Shown in pieces: positions 1 to 11,732 of a DNA stretch of 64,000 nucleotides (positions are counted from its first letter, which is position 1; each line of letters begins with the position of its first letter). The DNA comes from the human T2T-CHM13v2.0 reference genome, Homo sapiens: the NCBI RefSeq assembly GCF_009914755.1, contig NC_060929.1; one strand, written 5' to 3'. The position numbers and the translations under genes are program-made. A model generated the notes under the pieces. That model was not told where the DNA came from. It worked only from the letters and a program-made list of their open reading frames with translations, and made no database searches.

Positions 1-196
1 TTAAGAAGCCATTAAACAATAAAACAAAATTCTAAGATAACTGTGGGTTGAAAGCTTGCTCTGAAACTAAAACATGAGTAATAACAAGGATTGGGATATA
101 TGTTAGGGGAAGGAGAAGCAGAATAGCTTAATTCAACAATTTATCATTAGGAACCCAGGTGCCCAGGATATCAAGGTGAATACAAAAATGTTTGTT

Positions 197-551
197 TGTA
201 GCAGGACGAGCCTCAGATAAAACCCCTCAGACACCGGGTTAAAGAAGGAAGAGGCTTTATTTGGCCAGAAGTGTCGGCAGACTTGCGTCTCAAGAACCGA
301 GCTCTCCAAAGAAAGAGTTCTTGGCCCTTTTAAGGGCTTACAACTCTAAGGGGTCCACGTGAAAGGGTTGTGATAGATTAAGATCTATAGATACCACATG
401 TGGTTAGAGTGAGGGGTTAATCTTTAACCTCAGGCCTGGTCAGTGGTGCGGGTTGGTCTTGCCACTGACTTCATTCCTATTTTTTTTCAGCTTTTACTTC
501 CTCCTTCTCTTCAGAGACAGGAGACAGTAAGAGAAATGGCCTCTCTCCTCG
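197..551 (-). repeat. 3' LTR of the provirus (LTR2-like)
   Basis: Direct repeat of 5702-6056 with ~36 differences counted by eye (~10%). Starts TGTAGC and adjoins the PPT. Confidence 0.9.
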
Positions 552-604
552 CTCCCCCATTTGAGAACCTCACTCACTGGTGGGAGTTCTCACTCTCATC
601 TGCA

Positions 605-881
605 CTACCCAGGTCTTCCTGTGAGACAGATCAATAGTGATACATGTAATACCCTTGTGCTGAGGTCTTTTGATGAACTAAGGTGGTAACAAAGCCTCTG
701 GAGAAATACAGGTACCATACAGGCGAGTAACATGCAGGTTCCTAACACTGTTATTATTCCTATTATAAAAGTTTTAAATCCTCCTAGAGCTAAAAACCAT
801 TTTCCAAACAGGGATCCTGTGCCTGTGCCAAACCTGCACAGGCACATGTGCCAGCTTTGTCATGCCTCTAACTATCCTCAT
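605..881 (-). pseudogene. env remnant (C-terminal TM region only)
   Basis: Translates to KLAHVPVQVWH...GSLFGKWFLALGGFKTFIIGIITVLGTCMLL, a membrane-spanning segment typical of HERV-E/ERV3-type TM. Frameshifted; SU missing. Confidence 0.8.
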
Positions 882-903
882 GCTCCGGCCATGTGTGGGC
901 CAG

Positions 904-3350
904 TCAGCTTCCAGGTATGACTGGAGAAGGGCTTGCCATCTTGTTCAGAGTCACTTTGCAGGTGTTGTCCAGGCTTGGTCTCACCTCCCAGGTCTCAAGT
1001 GTTGCAGGTTTTACATAGCTATGGTGGATCCAGGCTGGGATTCCCTCTACCTTTACAGCTGTGGGAGTGGTCAGGACGACGGTCTGGGGTCCTTTCCACC
1101 GTGGCTGCAAGGGGGCTATGTTCCAATCCTTGATCCACACCCAATCACCTGGGGAGAAAGGGTGAACTGGGCACAATAAGCTGACAGGGCACCTCTCATT
1201 TACCCAGGCTGAAATTGTTTGTGTAATTTTCCCTAAAGCCTGTAGCTGTCACTGTAACTCAATTTCACCTAGCTCTCAAGGAGTGCCAGGGAGTCCCCAT
1301 AGTATGGGAGGGGGCCTGTGATAGAATATTTCATAAGGGGAATATCCTGTTCTTTTAGAAGGGGTACATCTACTCTTAAACAATACCATAGGGAGAGCTT
1401 GTACCCACTTTAATCCTGTTTCTTGACACACTTTCCCTAAACTATTTTGATAGTCCGATTCATCCGCTCCACCTTTCCAGAACTCTGTGGTCGGTAAGTG
1501 GTATGTAGTTTCCATGTGATCCCCAATACCTTTGTTGTCTTCTGTACCAAGTCAGCCACAAACATCGGCCCATTGTCTGAGCCAATTCGTAAGGACAGTC
1601 CAATCTAGGGACGAGATCTCAGAGAAGCACACAGGTTACTTCACAAGCTTTCTCAGTTTGTGTTGGATAGGCCTCCACCCACCCAGAGTATGCACCCACT
1701 AGAACTAGCAAATACTTGTTACATCCACATTTGGGCATCTCGGTGAAGTCTACTTGGAGATCTTCAAAGGGGGCTGCTCCATAAGCTTGTATGTCAGGTG
1801 GGACGGTTGGACCTTGCCTAGCGTTGTACTGCCAACAGGTGACATACTGCTGCACCACTGTTTTGGCAAGGGCTGACAGATGTGAGATGCAGAAGTACTG
1901 GCCTAACAACTTTTCAAGTGACTCTTGGCCGAGGTGGGTGGTCTCATGTACAGCCAGTACGACTGCGGCTCCTAGCAGTTGTGGCACAGATATTCTTCCA
2001 TCTGATAACCAGACCCATCCCTCTTCTATCACCTGCCCTCCCTCTGCCTGGAGAAAGTCCTTCTCTTCTTTAGAATAAGTAGCATACTGAGAGTCAGTGT
2101 AAATGTTTACAGTCTTAAATTCACTTAGCTCTAAGGCCCGAATAAAAGAAATGAGTTCGGCCTTCTGAGCTGAAGTACCCTGGGGCAACAATTTGGCTTC
2201 AATGACAGTGTCCAGGGTTACCACTGCACATCCCACATAGCTCTCTCCTTGTGGGCTGACGAAGCTGCTCCCATTCACGTACACTCCCAGTCTACTGATG
2301 TCCAAGGATGGTCTCACAGGTTGGGCCTGCTAGAATAAACTGAGTCCAACACCTCTACACAGTTATGTTCAACTGGGCTGATACCAGGAGTAAGGTGGTG
2401 GGGTTCAAGGTGTTGCAAACTTCAATGGTTATGTGGGTATTTTCACAGAGCAAGCTTTGGTACCTACTTAGTCTAGCATTTGTTAGTCAGTGATGTCCTT
2501 TGGTATTCATTAAAGTCACCATAGCATGGGGGCGCCTTTATGTTCAGGTTTTGCCCAAGAGTCAGCTTATCCACTTCTTGAGCCAGTAGGGCAGTTGCTA
2601 CCAAGGCCCTCAAACATGGGGGCCAAACTTTAGGAGCCTCGTCTAGTTGTTTAGAGAGGTAGGCCACCAACCTCAGCCAGGGCCCCACAGTCTGGGTCAA
2701 AACTCCAACTGCCATCTTTTCTCTCTGACAAACATATTGTAAATGGCTTTGTTGGGTCAAGTAGCCCCAGGTCTGGGGCTGGCATGAGTTTCTCTTTTAA
2801 CTCATGAAAAGCTCGTTGTTGTTGGGACCCCCGTTCGAAAGGTTCCTTGTCGGCCCCCTTTGTGACTCCATACAGGGTCTTGGCCAGTACTACAAAGTTT
2901 GGGATCCATAACCTGCAGAACCCCATAGCTCCTAAGAATTCTCTTACCTGCCTTCTGGTCTTAGGCTCTGGTAGGTTGCAAATGAACTGCTTTCTTTCTG
3001 ATCCCAGGCTGTGCTCCCCCTATCGGATAGTAAATTCCAGGTAACGTACCTGCTATCTGCAGATCTGAGCTTTCTTCTTGGACACCTTATACCCACAGTC
3101 CTCCAGGTGCCAGAGCAGGGTATCCGTTCCTTTGGTGCACCTGACTGCCGTCAGGGGTCCCAGCAGGAGGTTGTCAACGTACTGGAGCAACACGCAGCCT
3201 AGGTCTCTGGTAGGAAACTTCTGGAGGTCTTGATCCAGCGCCTCCCCGAAGATGGTGGGGGAGTTCTTCAACCCTTAGGGAAACCGGGTCCAAGTATACT
3301 GAGTGGTGACAGCTGACCCCAGATCTTCCCACTAAAAGGCAAACAGTTTT
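904..3350 (-). pseudogene. pol remnant (RT 3' half, RNase H, integrase) with stops and frameshifts
   Basis: RT KNSPTIF...LLQYVDNLLL (YVDD motif mutated), RNase H SAQKAEL...NIYTDS, IN HHCC zinc finger (HETTH...CWQY), QVDFTEMP, GWVEAYPT, and C-terminal WKGPQTV...WIHHSYVK. Confidence 0.92.
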
Positions 3351-3354
3351 GGCT

Positions 3355-3593
3355 GTCTGTCCCTTTGCCACTAGTACTGCTGCTGCCTGTCCTCTTACCA
3401 CTGTGGGAGGTCTAAAACCAGCTGTAACCAAATGTCTATGTACAGAAACTGGTCTGGGTGTCCTGGCTTACCAGTTACCTTGTGTCATACTTTGAAACAA
3501 GGGACCTGTTTAGGCTTCCTTCTGATAGTCAACCCACTTCTAATGCCGGCCAGTCTATCTCACACAAAGTTCTAAATTTTCCTTGTGTCATAG
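3355..3593 (-). pseudogene. gag (MA region) remnant downstream of the LTR12 insertion
   Basis: Minus strand reads roughly GKFRTLCEIDWPALEVG*...GKPGHPDQF, gammaretroviral MA-like. Continues from 5110-5190 across the insertion. Confidence 0.7.
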
Positions 3594-5105
3594 TGTGTCC
3601 GGAATTGGTGGGTTCTTGGTCTCACTGACTTCAAGAATGAAGCCGCAGACCCTCGCGGTGAGTGTTACAGCTCTTAAGGTGGCACGTCTGGAGTTGTTCG
3701 TTCCTTCTGGTGGGCTCGTGGTCTCGCTGGCTCAGGAGTGAAGCTGCAGACCTTCGTGGTGAGTGTTACAGCTCTTAAGGCGGCATGTCTGGAGTTGTTC
3801 GTTCCTCCCAGTGGGCTCGTGGTCTCGCTGCCTTCAGGAGCGAAGCTGCAGACCTTCGCGGTGAGTGTTACAGCTCATAAAAGCAGTGTGGACCCAAAGA
3901 GTGAGCAGTAGCAAGATTTATTGCAAAGAGCGAGAGAACAAAGCTTCCACAGTGTGGAACGGGACCCGAGCGGGTTACCACTGCTGGCTCGGGCAGCCTG
4001 CTTTTATTCTGTTATCTGGCCCCACTCACATCCTGCTGATTGGTAGAGCCAGAGTGGTCTGTTTTGACAGGGCGCTGATTGGTGCGTTTACAATCCCTGA
4101 GCTAGACACAAAGGTTCTCCAGGTGCCCACTAGATTAACTAGATACAGAGTGTCCATTGGTGCATTCACAAACCCTGAGCTAGACACAGGGTGCTGACTG
4201 GTGTGTTTAAAAACCTTGAGCTAGACACAGGGTGCTGACTGGTGTGTTTACAAACCTTGAGCTAGATACAGAGTGCCGATTGGTGTATTTACAATCCCTG
4301 AGCTAGACATAAAGGTTCTCCAAGGCCCCACCAGAGTAGCTAGATACAGAGTGTCCATTGGTGCATTCACAGACCCTGAGCTAGACACAGGGTGCTGATT
4401 GGGGTATTTACAATCCCTGAGGTAGACATAAAGGTTCTCCGTGTCCCCACCAGACTCAGGAGCCCAGCTGGCTTCACCCAGTGAATCCGCACGGGGGCTG
4501 CAGGTGGAGCTGCCTGCCAGTCCCGGTGCCGTGCGCCCGCACTCCTCAGCCCTTGGGTGGTCGATGGGACTGGGTGCCTGGAGCAGGGGGCGGTGCTCGT
4601 CGGGGAGGCTCAGGCCGCACAGGAGCCCACGGTGGTGGGGGGAGGTGCTCAGGCATGGCGGGCTGCAGGTCCCCAGCCCCGCCCCGCGGGGAGGCAGCTA
4701 AGGCCCGGCGAGAAATCGAGCGCAGCGCCAGTGGGCCGGCACTGCTGGGGGACCCAGTACACCCTCCGCAGCCGCTGGCCCGGGTGCTAAGCCCCTCTTT
4801 GCCCAGGGCCAGCAGGGCCGGCCGGCTGCTCCGAGTGCGGGGCCTGCCAAGCCCAAGCCCACCCTGAACTCCAGCTGGCCCGCAAGCGCCACGCGCAGCC
4901 CCGGTTCCCGCTCGCGCCTCTCCCTCCACACCTCCCTGCAAGCTGAGGGAGCCGGCTCTGGCCTTGGCCAGCCCAGAAAGGGGCTCCCATAGTGCAGCGG
5001 TGGGCTGAAGGGCTCCTCAAGTGCCACCAAAGTGGGAGCCCAGGCAGAGGAGGCGCCGAGAGCGAGCCAGGGCTGTGAGGACTGCCAGTACGCTGTCACC
5101 TCTCA
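3594..5105 (-). mobile_element. Solo LTR12 (ERV9 LTR, probably LTR12C) inserted in the gag of the older provirus
   Basis: Minus strand starts TGAGAGGTGACAGCG and ends AATTCCGGACACA. 4-bp TSD ATAG (3590-3593, 5106-5109). GC-rich U3, tandem ~41-bp ATTGG/GAGCTAGA repeats (4070-4440), tandem U5 units (3645-3880). Confidence 0.95.
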
Positions 5106-5678
5106 ATAGTAACTCCATACATAGTCTCCATTAAATCCTTCCTGAAATTTTTCAACATAGTTCCTAGCGGAGTGGGCTTACTTTGCGTTCCACCTATTTT
5201 CCTCCCGAGACAAAACAACACTCACACCACAAGAAGGAAAGGGTAAAGGGGTCATTCACTCACCTTGCCCATCTTAAACTCAAGCACTCACTCACTTTCA
5301 CTTTCCTTTCTGCAAACAGGTCAAGCCAAATCAAAATCAACACTGAGACCAAAGTGCCGATAAGGGCACACCGAGGGTGATCAGGCCACCCTTCCACTCA
5401 AATAAAGTGGGCAAGTTCCCAGGACCCGTCCTACCGTATTCCAGATGTCTGGACTCCAAGCGCGGTTCCTTCCCAGTGTTCAGCTGCTGCGTTGATCCTC
5501 CGCGGGGGGGCCTGCCCTGCACTGCTCTGATGAGGTGTTCCACTAGGGCAAATGCCTACCCGGCAGCGCTCTCAGGATCCATGTCTCTCAAGCTAGCCAG
5601 AGTTCCCCGCAGGGATGGTCCGCAGGGCAGGCATAAGCCATCTAAGGGGCTGCCTCGACCTTCCATTAATCACCTCGC

Positions 5679-5696
5679 TTCCTGGCCAGGCAACCA
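5679..5696 (-). promoter_or_regulatory. Primer-binding site, tRNA-Glu-like
   Basis: Minus strand TGGTTGCCTGGCCAGGAA just after the 5' LTR, resembling the tRNA-Glu 3'-end complement TGGTTCCCTG(A/G)CCGGGAA. Confidence 0.7.
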
Positions 5697-5701
5697 AGAA
5701 A

Positions 5702-6056
5702 TGTAGCAGGATGAGCGGCAGACAAAACCCCTCAGACACCTGGTTAAAGAAAGAAGACACTTTATTCCACCAGGAGCGTCAGCCGACTTGGCGTCTCAAG
5801 AACCCAGCTCCGAAGAATGAGTTCCTGGCCCTTTTTAATGGCTTACAACCCTAAGGGGTCCACGTGAAAGGGTCGTGATAGATTAAGGTCTATAGATAGC
5901 ACATGTAGTTAGAGTGAGGGGTTAATCTTTAACCTCCGGCCTGGTCAGTGGCACCGGTTGGTCTTGCCACTGACTTCATTCCTGTTGTTTTTCAGCTTTT
6001 ACTTCCTCCTTCTCTTCAGAGACTGGAGACAGTAAGAGAAATGGCCTCTCTCCTCA
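5702..6056 (-). repeat. 5' LTR of the provirus (LTR2-like)
   Basis: TG...CA termini, direct repeat of 197-551, followed by the PBS on the minus strand. Confidence 0.9.
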
Positions 6057-6236
6057 TGTTCAAGGATCACCATATATAGGCAGCCATTGTAGTTGCCTTA
6101 AAGTAATTCAAAGTCTAGTGGATAACAAAACAAAGTATATATTGGTCTTTTTCTTCATAATTATAGTGTCTGTCTTTCCCACAAGACCTTTTGAATATAA
6201 AAACTGTATTTTCAGGTTTTTTTACTGTATTACTAA

Positions 6237-6600
<364 letters not shown>

Positions 6601-8011
6601 ACATATACATGTGTTAAATTGCTTAATAAACATTATGGGAAGAGCACCAGCTTGGATTCTTGTTCTGCCTCAAGCATAAAACCAGAGTTTAGCCAAGAAA
6701 TCCTACTACCTGCACTGAATTTTGCTATGTAAAGTGTTTTTTCCTTCCTGAAGACTCTCATTTCAAGCTTAGAGGTTCTCAAAGCTCAACATTTTTCTTT
6801 ATCTCTAGATAGAGAACCCACCTTATGTAGGAATTGGGGAAATGTTGCATAGCTTTCTTGTTAAACTATAGATAATATCTGATTAGAACATCAAAGCGAA
6901 GGGTAAACTTCAGAGTATGAATTTGAAGCCCAGTTAAATACCTGTAGCTCTAAAATAGTGTGCTGGATAGACTAGCCAATCTGGTGTTTCCACTACCCCA
7001 TTTCAAGATCTCTTTTGTGACTCAGAAGACATACCAGAATCCACATTTCACAGAGTCCCCTTCCATATTTGATTCCGCGTTGCATTTTCGGATGACAGGC
7101 ACCGGTAAAGAAACCGAATTCTCTCAGACATTTGTAACCTGAACAGAACTGAGATGCACAGCAGCTTCCTGACAAGTTTTTACAAACCACCCATTTCACT
7201 AATGCAGACTGGGAAAATTGGTGGGAATCTCCTAGGAATTTTATAGTATTAAAGTAGTTTCTAGAAAAATTATTAAGAACCACCACTTTGATATTTTGGG
7301 CTAAGATCTTGGGTAGAAGTCTTCCTGACCTTCGTTCCTTCAGCTCCTCTAACAGTTGTATGAGCCTCTATTTCCCATAGTAAGCTTCTGTATCCTAATC
7401 ACTTAGTGAACGAATAATTAGTTATGTGAGTAATCTCAGACAATACTGTTGTCTGTGTTTTCTCCACTTGTTAAGTACAGACAAAAAGCTAGAGTGGAAG
7501 ACATCAGATAATTGTCTTTGCATCTACATTAGCAAATAGCAACATTAGTTGTATCGGTAGTAAAGAACCCCATCTCAGATTCGTGGGTTTCTTAGCATTT
7601 TCTAACAATGAAACCTGATATGTGAGATAGGACTGATCCAAACAATTTCCTGGGCTTGTAGGCAAATGAATTCACATTGTGGTGCTCCTCATCCCTTTTG
7701 CAATCAAAGTAATCTGTAAGCTTGCTCCTGGTTCAGTGCTTTCATTATTTCAAATGCAAGTAATTGTAGTACATTAAAAGAGCCTATTCCTCCTAGCTAT
7801 GAATATCCTGCTCAAATTGGACTTCTTCACATCTATACATGGCATATCTCTATTATTTTCTAGACTCAAAGCCACCTGCCTTGACAGAAACTTCAGTTTG
7901 AATTCAAGGGACTGCTTAACATTTTTGGCTTCTTCTTTTCTCTATCATTATATTCTGGGCTTTATAGAGGTAAAATTGGGCTATATATTTACACATTCTG
8001 ACTAATACAAA

Positions 8012-8558
8012 TGTCAGAGGCATGTGAACCAGAGTAACTCCATCTTAAATAGGAGCTGGGTAAAATGAAGCTGAAACCTACTGGGCTGCATTCCCAAATG
8101 GTTAAGACATTCTAAGTCACAGGATGAGATAGGAGGTCGGCACAAAACACGGGTCATAAAGACCTTGCTGATAAAACAGGTTGAGGTAAAGAAGCCTGCT
8201 AAATCCCACCAAAACCAAGAAGGCCACAAGAGTGACCGCCGGCCTTCCTTACTACTACACTAGCGTCAGTGCCATGACAGTTTACAAATGCCATGGCAAC
8301 GTCACAAAGTTACCCTATATGGTCTAAAAAGGAGAGGCATGAATAATGCCTTGTTTAGCATATCATCAGGAAATAACCATAAAAAATGGGCAACTAGCAG
8401 CCCTCGGGGCTGCTCTATGAAGTAGCCATTCTTTTATTCCTTTACTTTCTTAATAAACTTGCTTTCACTTTGCACTGCAGACTCACCCTGAATTCTTTCT
8501 TGTGCAAGATCCAATAACCCTTTCTTGGGGTCTGGATCAGGACCCCTTTCCTGTATCA
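8012..8558 (+). mobile_element. MER41 solo LTR (MER41A-like, no tandem GAS block)
   Basis: Starts TGTCAGAGG...AACCAGAGTAACTCCATCTT, ends CCTTTCCTGTATCA, TSD CAAA, AATAAA near 8452. Confidence 0.88.
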
Positions 8559-10467
8559 CAAAGAGTGCTTACTTCATAATTTTCATAAACCATATTTTAA
8601 ACAATATTTTCATTGTACCTCTGAATTAGAAATGAAATAATTTTTAAAATGCTGTGGGTAGAAATATGAGTTGAGAAATTTTGCTTTAGACCACTTTATA
8701 ACCAGGTTCTAAATGTTCTACTGTGGACTGTTGAATTAGTCTCTTAATTGGCCTCTCCACCTCTAACTGCTCTCTCTCCTCCATTTTCAATATCTTGCGT
8801 ACTAACTGTTCTACATTCTCTAAGATTACATGGGACTGTATGGATCAGTTCTGAGATAATGTGGGCAGAAGAGAAATGTTCTTCCAGGCTTGCCTTCCAA
8901 AAAATTTCCCATAAGTAAGTTAGGTGCAGAGGGCCCAATAGAAGACAATGAGGCCCTAGGAGTTTGCAGAAGGAGCCTAGGTCTTTGAAGAAGTAGAGCT
9001 TCCCCACTGACCTATTGGATTATAAGATGAGCAGGAAAAAAAAAATAATTCTTTGTTAAACCATTGAGATTTTAGAAGTTAATGGTTAAGAGTATGTTAG
9101 CCTAATCTGATTAAATAAGTCAGCCTAGTCTATCTAATCTCATCTCTGAAACCTATCTATGAAACAGAATCTGAATATTTTACAATTATTTTCTAAGATA
9201 TCCCACCAGGAAACTGTTCTAGTATACTCATCTCCTTCCTTTGACAGACCTCATGTATAAAATTACAGTTTGGATTAACTGAACTAACTTTAACATGATC
9301 TGAATAATCTAAATATACTCACTTTTTTCCTCCATTTACATTTTCTTTTCTCAAAGATTTGCCTCTTAAAATCCTACAAAAATCCATTAAGGTGACTAAA
9401 TTGTCAGGATTATTATATTTTTGTGAATGTGTGAGTTGGAGTGTACAGAATAAAATAAGGTCTGTCTGGTAAAAATAAATGTATTACATCATACAAAAAT
9501 AGAAACTTTCATCTGTGAACTAGGGTTTGTAGCATTTTGATTTTTAAATTATCTATAGATGAGTTTCACTTAAAGAAAAGATATTCTGGTTTCAAATGGA
9601 AAGACAAGCCTCACAATCTATTTTGTACTCAGTATCATGGTGCATTAGACAAAATATTAAGCAAATAGTTGAATGTCAATCCTAATTTTTAAACCTGTCT
9701 CTGATTTTCTTTACCGAGATGGGTAATGTATTGTGGCCTTGGCATTGTTTTACTGGTTTGTTTCACCTCAATAAAGGTAGGATCCATAAACAAAATTAAA
9801 GACATCCACTCTGAAGAATGATGGTTTATCATTGTGATAAACTCATGTGGAAAATCTATATAAATGATCTTACACTGCTTGAGTCAGGTTTATATAGAGT
9901 TATCCTAAGACATAATAAAATATATGTATATACTGATCTGTCAGCATTCTAAAGCATGAAAATCATCTTCTTTATGTTGTATAAGAGTTGACTTCATGCA
10001 TGGGAAAACATGGAGCCTTAAGGCTCAGTTGACATGTGGAAGAAACAATCTGTCTACACAGAGCACCATCTGTTTACAGTTATTGTTTATCAAAAGGATG
10101 TAAGAAGCATTATCTTGTGAACTATCACACAGAAGCCATTGTTGTATCATCCTCATTGAGTAGCTGCATAGCACAAAAATAGCACTTGGAAAAAACTGTG
10201 GAATCTTTATTTTCCCCTTCCAAAATCAAAGTCATTTCTTGTCAATGCTTAAATTATATAGCAACAAAATAGTCAGGTTTACTTCTTGTTTCCTTAGCAT
10301 CCAAAATTATTAGAAATGACCAAAAATGGTTTGAGTGTAGTGTTGTATCTTTAAACCCCAATTTGTGTATTTCAGGGTTTTTAATACACAATAAGTAGGC
10401 AAGTATTAACTGAATTTAACTGAAGTAACTGATATGGCATCTAAACACACAAATCAGAATTTTAAAA

Positions 10468-10595
10468 TGTATATATATATATATACATATATATACATGT
10501 ATATATATGTATATATGTGTGTATATATGTATATGTGTATATATATGTATATATGTGTATATATATGTATATATGTGTATATATATGTATATATA

Positions 10596-10642
<47 letters not shown>
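10468..10642. repeat. (TA)n/(TATG)n/(TG)n compound microsatellite
   Basis: Directly visible alternating purine-pyrimidine tract. Confidence 0.97.
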
Positions 10643-10644
<2 letters not shown>

Positions 10645-10959
10645 TGTATTTGGACTAAATGAAAATTGCTTCCTATCTTGTTTTGGCATAAACAAAACAC
10701 AATAAAAAGTCAGAAAAGATGAAAATCGATTATCTATAATTTTGGACAGGAACAAATATAATATAAGCCCTGCTGTTAATAAACATAAAAGAAAATTTAT
10801 TATATTACTTAGAAAGGAGTTGAACTAACTCTAAAAACCTTATTCCTTTTATATATATGATCTTTTTTTCTCTTCACTGAGCCTTAATGTTTTTGTAGAT
10901 TTCTACCCTCACATTAGGTGATATCAAGGTACTACTCCTTCTCTTTGCTGGAGTAACAT

Positions 10960-11630
10960 CACAGGAGGCCTAATAGAGAATCAGGATGTTAGCACTACCC
11001 AGTTTTAAAAGGCCGTCCTTCCCACAGAGTGTAAGGTAGGCCACTTGAGGAGCAAACCAGGCACGTCTAGCCCCTTCCAGCCAGTACAATATCATCTGAG
11101 GCCCTAGTGGAGAGCTGGAATTCTCGTTCCCAACTAGCAATGACAAGGAGTAACACCTTCCTCACCATTAACTGGGGACAGATGGAGAACCCAACACCTG
11201 GGAGGAAAAAGATGACTTGCCTCTCCCTTGATGGAGTTATGCCTGAAGAGGCCCTGCTATAACACAAGACTTAGATAAGATCCAGAGTTTTACAGTATGA
11301 AATGCAAAATGTTCAGGCTTCAATTGAAAATCACTAGTCATACCAAGAACCAGAAAAATCTCAACCTGAAGGAGAAAAGACTATCAATAGATGGAAACAC
11401 TGAAATAACACAGATGTTACATATCTGATAAGATTTTAAATTGGCCTTCATATAATTACTTTAACAAGCAATTATGAACATGATTGAAACAAATGAAGGA
11501 AAGATAAGTCTCAGTAAAGAAATAAAGCATTTAAAATGAACCAAATGAAAATTTTAGAAATGAAATTTATACATCAACAGATACGTCAACAACAGAATGG
11601 AGAGGACAGCAGAAAGAATCAGTAAATTGA
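10960..11630 (+). mobile_element. Old L1M 5'/ORF1-region fragment
   Basis: A-rich L1M-like motifs (CATACCAAGAACCAGAAAAATCTCAAC, GAACCAAATGAAAATTTTAGAAATGAAA, GAAAGAATCAGTAAATTGA). Confidence 0.55.
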
Positions 11631-11649
11631 CACGACCAGCTGGCCCTGA

Positions 11650-11732
11650 TTGGCCCTTGAATTCTTTTCCTGGGTGAAGCCAAGAATCCTCCTCCGCTAA
11701 ACCCCAATTTTGGGGCGTGCCTGTCCTACATC
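11650..11732 (+). mobile_element. 3' end fragment of an ERV1 LTR (LTR8-like)
   Basis: GAATTCTTTTCCTGGGTGAAGCCAAGAATCC...CCCCAATTTTGGGG...CCTACATCA matches an LTR8/MER4-group U5 end. Confidence 0.6.

Larger units (their letters stand above)
197..6056 (-). mobile_element. Defective class I (gamma-like) endogenous provirus, HERV-E/HERV3/Harlequin-related, internally deleted
   Basis: Two ~355-bp LTRs (197-551, 5702-6056). 4-bp TSD TGTT at 193-196 and 6057-6060. tRNA-Glu-like PBS next to the 5' LTR, polypurine tract (CTCCCCC on + at 552-558), and gag/RT/RNaseH/IN/env-TM remnants on the minus strand. Confidence 0.93.

Noticed and set aside
1619-2317. 232-aa RNaseH-integrase ORF as a functional gene
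   Set aside because: Internal deletion, degenerate catalytic and zinc-finger residues, and flanking frameshifts make it a pseudogene fragment.
4070-4440. Regularly spaced ~41-bp repeats resembling a CRISPR array
   Set aside because: These are the U3 tandem enhancer repeats of LTR12, with no unique spacers, in eukaryotic DNA.
4441-5099. GC-rich overlapping ORFs (77-133 aa) and an apparent CpG island
   Set aside because: Entirely within LTR12 U3; open frames are expected in stop-poor GC-rich DNA.
10416-10755. YI/YM-repeat ORFs
   Set aside because: Translation artefacts of the (TA)n microsatellite.
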